The position numbers and the translations under genes are program-made. Below, piece after piece: positions 62,891 through 64,000 of a stretch of 64,000 nucleotides of DNA; the stretch's first letter is position 1, and each line of letters opens with the position of its first letter. The DNA comes from Candidatus Omnitrophota bacterium. GTDB lineage: Bacteria > Omnitrophota > Gorgyraeia > Gygaellales > JAQTUX01. The stretch is taken from contig JAQTUX010000001.1 of the NCBI GenBank assembly GCA_028707125.1, positions 269,639 to 333,638 of the forward strand, given 5' to 3'. The notes under the pieces are model-generated. The model saw only the letters and a program-made list of their open reading frames with translations, was not told the DNA's origin and searched no databases.

Positions 62891-64000
62891 AGATGAAGCC
62901 CACATTCACGTTTATTTCCCTTTTCAATCAGCATGCCATCAGTTTAAGGCCGCTTTTGTCTGTCCTGGAAAACGCGGGATTCAGCACGAACGTTGTTTTC
63001 TTCAAGCGCAGGGAAGACCAGGGGCGTTTCACGCCTAAAGAGCTCGCCCTTCTTACGGCCGTGATTGATATGCTTAAGACCGATTACGTTATGATCTCGC
63101 TCGTCTCCGGGGCTTATCAGGCCGCCAAAGCAATATCCTTAAAGCTGCGGAAGGAAAAAAAGAGGCGGTTTATCGTCTGGGGCGGCGTGCATCCTACCCT
63201 GGCCCCTGAAGATTGCATTAGGTATGCCGATGCCGTGTGCATAGGGGAAGGTGAGGGGGCTGTCCTGGATCTGGCAAGGGAGTTTGCCACGGGCCCGTTA
63301 CGCAGAAAGACGATAAGAAACTTATGGGTCAGGGGCGGCGGAGACGGGGTCAAATGTAAGTTGCGCCCGCTTTGTGATCTAAACGCCATTCCGGCCTATA
63401 AACCCAGGGATAATATATACCTGATAAGCAACGACCGCATAGGCAGATATAGCGATGCCAGCGAACTGGTTATTATTTCAAGAGGATGCCCTTTTGAATG
63501 CGCCTTTTGCTGCAATGCGGCCGTCAGGGGTTTATACGGAAGGCCGAAGGGTTTTCACAGGGCGCTTACCGTTGAAAACGCGATCAAGGGCCTTTTAGAG
63601 ATGAAGTCCCGGGGGGTAAGGCGCCTTGTCTTCGTTGACCCGATATGGCCCTATAATGACATTGATATTATGAAGGAGTTTAAAAGGGATTATAAAAAGC
63701 ATGTCGGTCTCCCTTTTTCCTGCGCCGTGTACCCTACCATGGTAAACGAACATCTGGTGGAGGGGCTGGAGCAATGCGGCTGTAAGAGTTTATTTATGGG
63801 GATACAGAGCCCTTCGGAAGATGTGCGGCAGCTGTTCCGGCGGCCCTATTCCGATGACGCGGTCGTAAATGCCGCGCGCATTATCGATAAAAATAACATC
63901 ATCGGGATATACGATTTCATAGATAAGAACATATTTGAAGGGCCGGAGCATCTTTTGAGAAAGAAGCTGCTTATTGAGCGGCTGCCCGCCGGCTCCGTTA
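62887..64000 (+). CDS. B12-binding-domain radical-SAM protein, 3' end cut by the window (not in the ORF track)
   Basis: The ATG at 62887 overlaps the upstream TGA (ATGA). My translation MKMKPTFTFISLFNQHAISLRPLLSVLENAGF...FIVWGGVHPTLAPEDCIRYADAVCIGEGEGAVLDLA...VIISRGCPFECAFCCN...LFMGIQSPS stays open to nt 64000. Confidence 0.8.
   Translation, partial: MKMKPTFTFISLFNQHAISLRPLLSVLENAGFSTNVVFFKRREDQGRFTPKELALLTAVIDMLKTDYVMISLVSGAYQAAKAISLKLRKEKKRRFIVWGGVHPTLAPEDCIRYADAVCIGEGEGAVLDLAREFATGPLRRKTIRNLWVRGGGDGVKCKLRPLCDLNAIPAYKPRDNIYLISNDRIGRYSDASELVIISRGCPFECAFCCNAAVRGLYGRPKGFHRALTVENAIKGLLEMKSRGVRRLVFVDPIWPYNDIDIMKEFKRDYKKHVGLPFSCAVYPTMVNEHLVEGLEQCGCKSLFMGIQSPSEDVRQLFRRPYSDDAVVNAARIIDKNNIIGIYDFIDKNIFEGPEHLLRKKLLIERLPAGSV

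Noticed and set aside
10415-64000. RiPP (peptide natural product) cluster interpretation of the SPASM/B12 rSAM array
   Set aside because: There are no short precursor-like ORFs, no leader-peptidase genes and no RiPP recognition-element genes. The only ABC system is an ABC-2/Wzt polysaccharide type rather than a peptidase-containing exporter, and the only smORF (42875) is a TM helix. I kept it only as a low-probability alternative, because precursors could be encoded outside the window.

Overview
Apart from a giant fibre gene and a small cassette at the 5' end, the window is essentially one + strand, tightly overlapping operon from 6933 to beyond 64000. It looks like an accessory cell-envelope locus of an uncultivated, probably anaerobic bacterium; I cannot assign taxonomy from sequence alone. 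nt 3-6179 is the 3' part of a giant, apparently Cys-free, tail-fibre-like surface protein with a C-terminal S74-type intramolecular chaperone domain. nt 6188-6769 is a four-helix-bundle ('23S rRNA IVS protein' family) gene sitting in the loop of a long imperfect inverted repeat. The operon starts with a Wzm/Wzt-type ABC exporter. It also holds glycan-assembly genes: GT4 x2, GT2 x2, a small initiating phosphoglycosyl transferase, a Wzy_C/O-antigen-ligase-like TPR protein and a GT-C-like membrane protein. Its outstanding feature is at least 26 radical-SAM (rSAM) genes by CX3CX2C motif. Thirteen are paralogous ~330-aa SPASM/twitch-type enzymes, ten of them in an almost uninterrupted tandem run. 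Six are B12-binding-domain (class B-like) rSAMs, one is HemN-like, and three form a 'CxxxCxxCW' subfamily. Four membrane-anchored SGNH-TPR paralogs punctuate the array, and a UbiU/UbiV-like U32 pair is also present. A ~200-aa module recurs in the Wzt C-terminal extension (x3) and in two rSAM enzymes (x2, x1). No peptide precursor genes are visible. My leading hypothesis is an undescribed pathway that heavily tailors a glycan or glycoconjugate by radical chemistry before ABC export. All family calls rest on motif recognition by eye; no database search was run.
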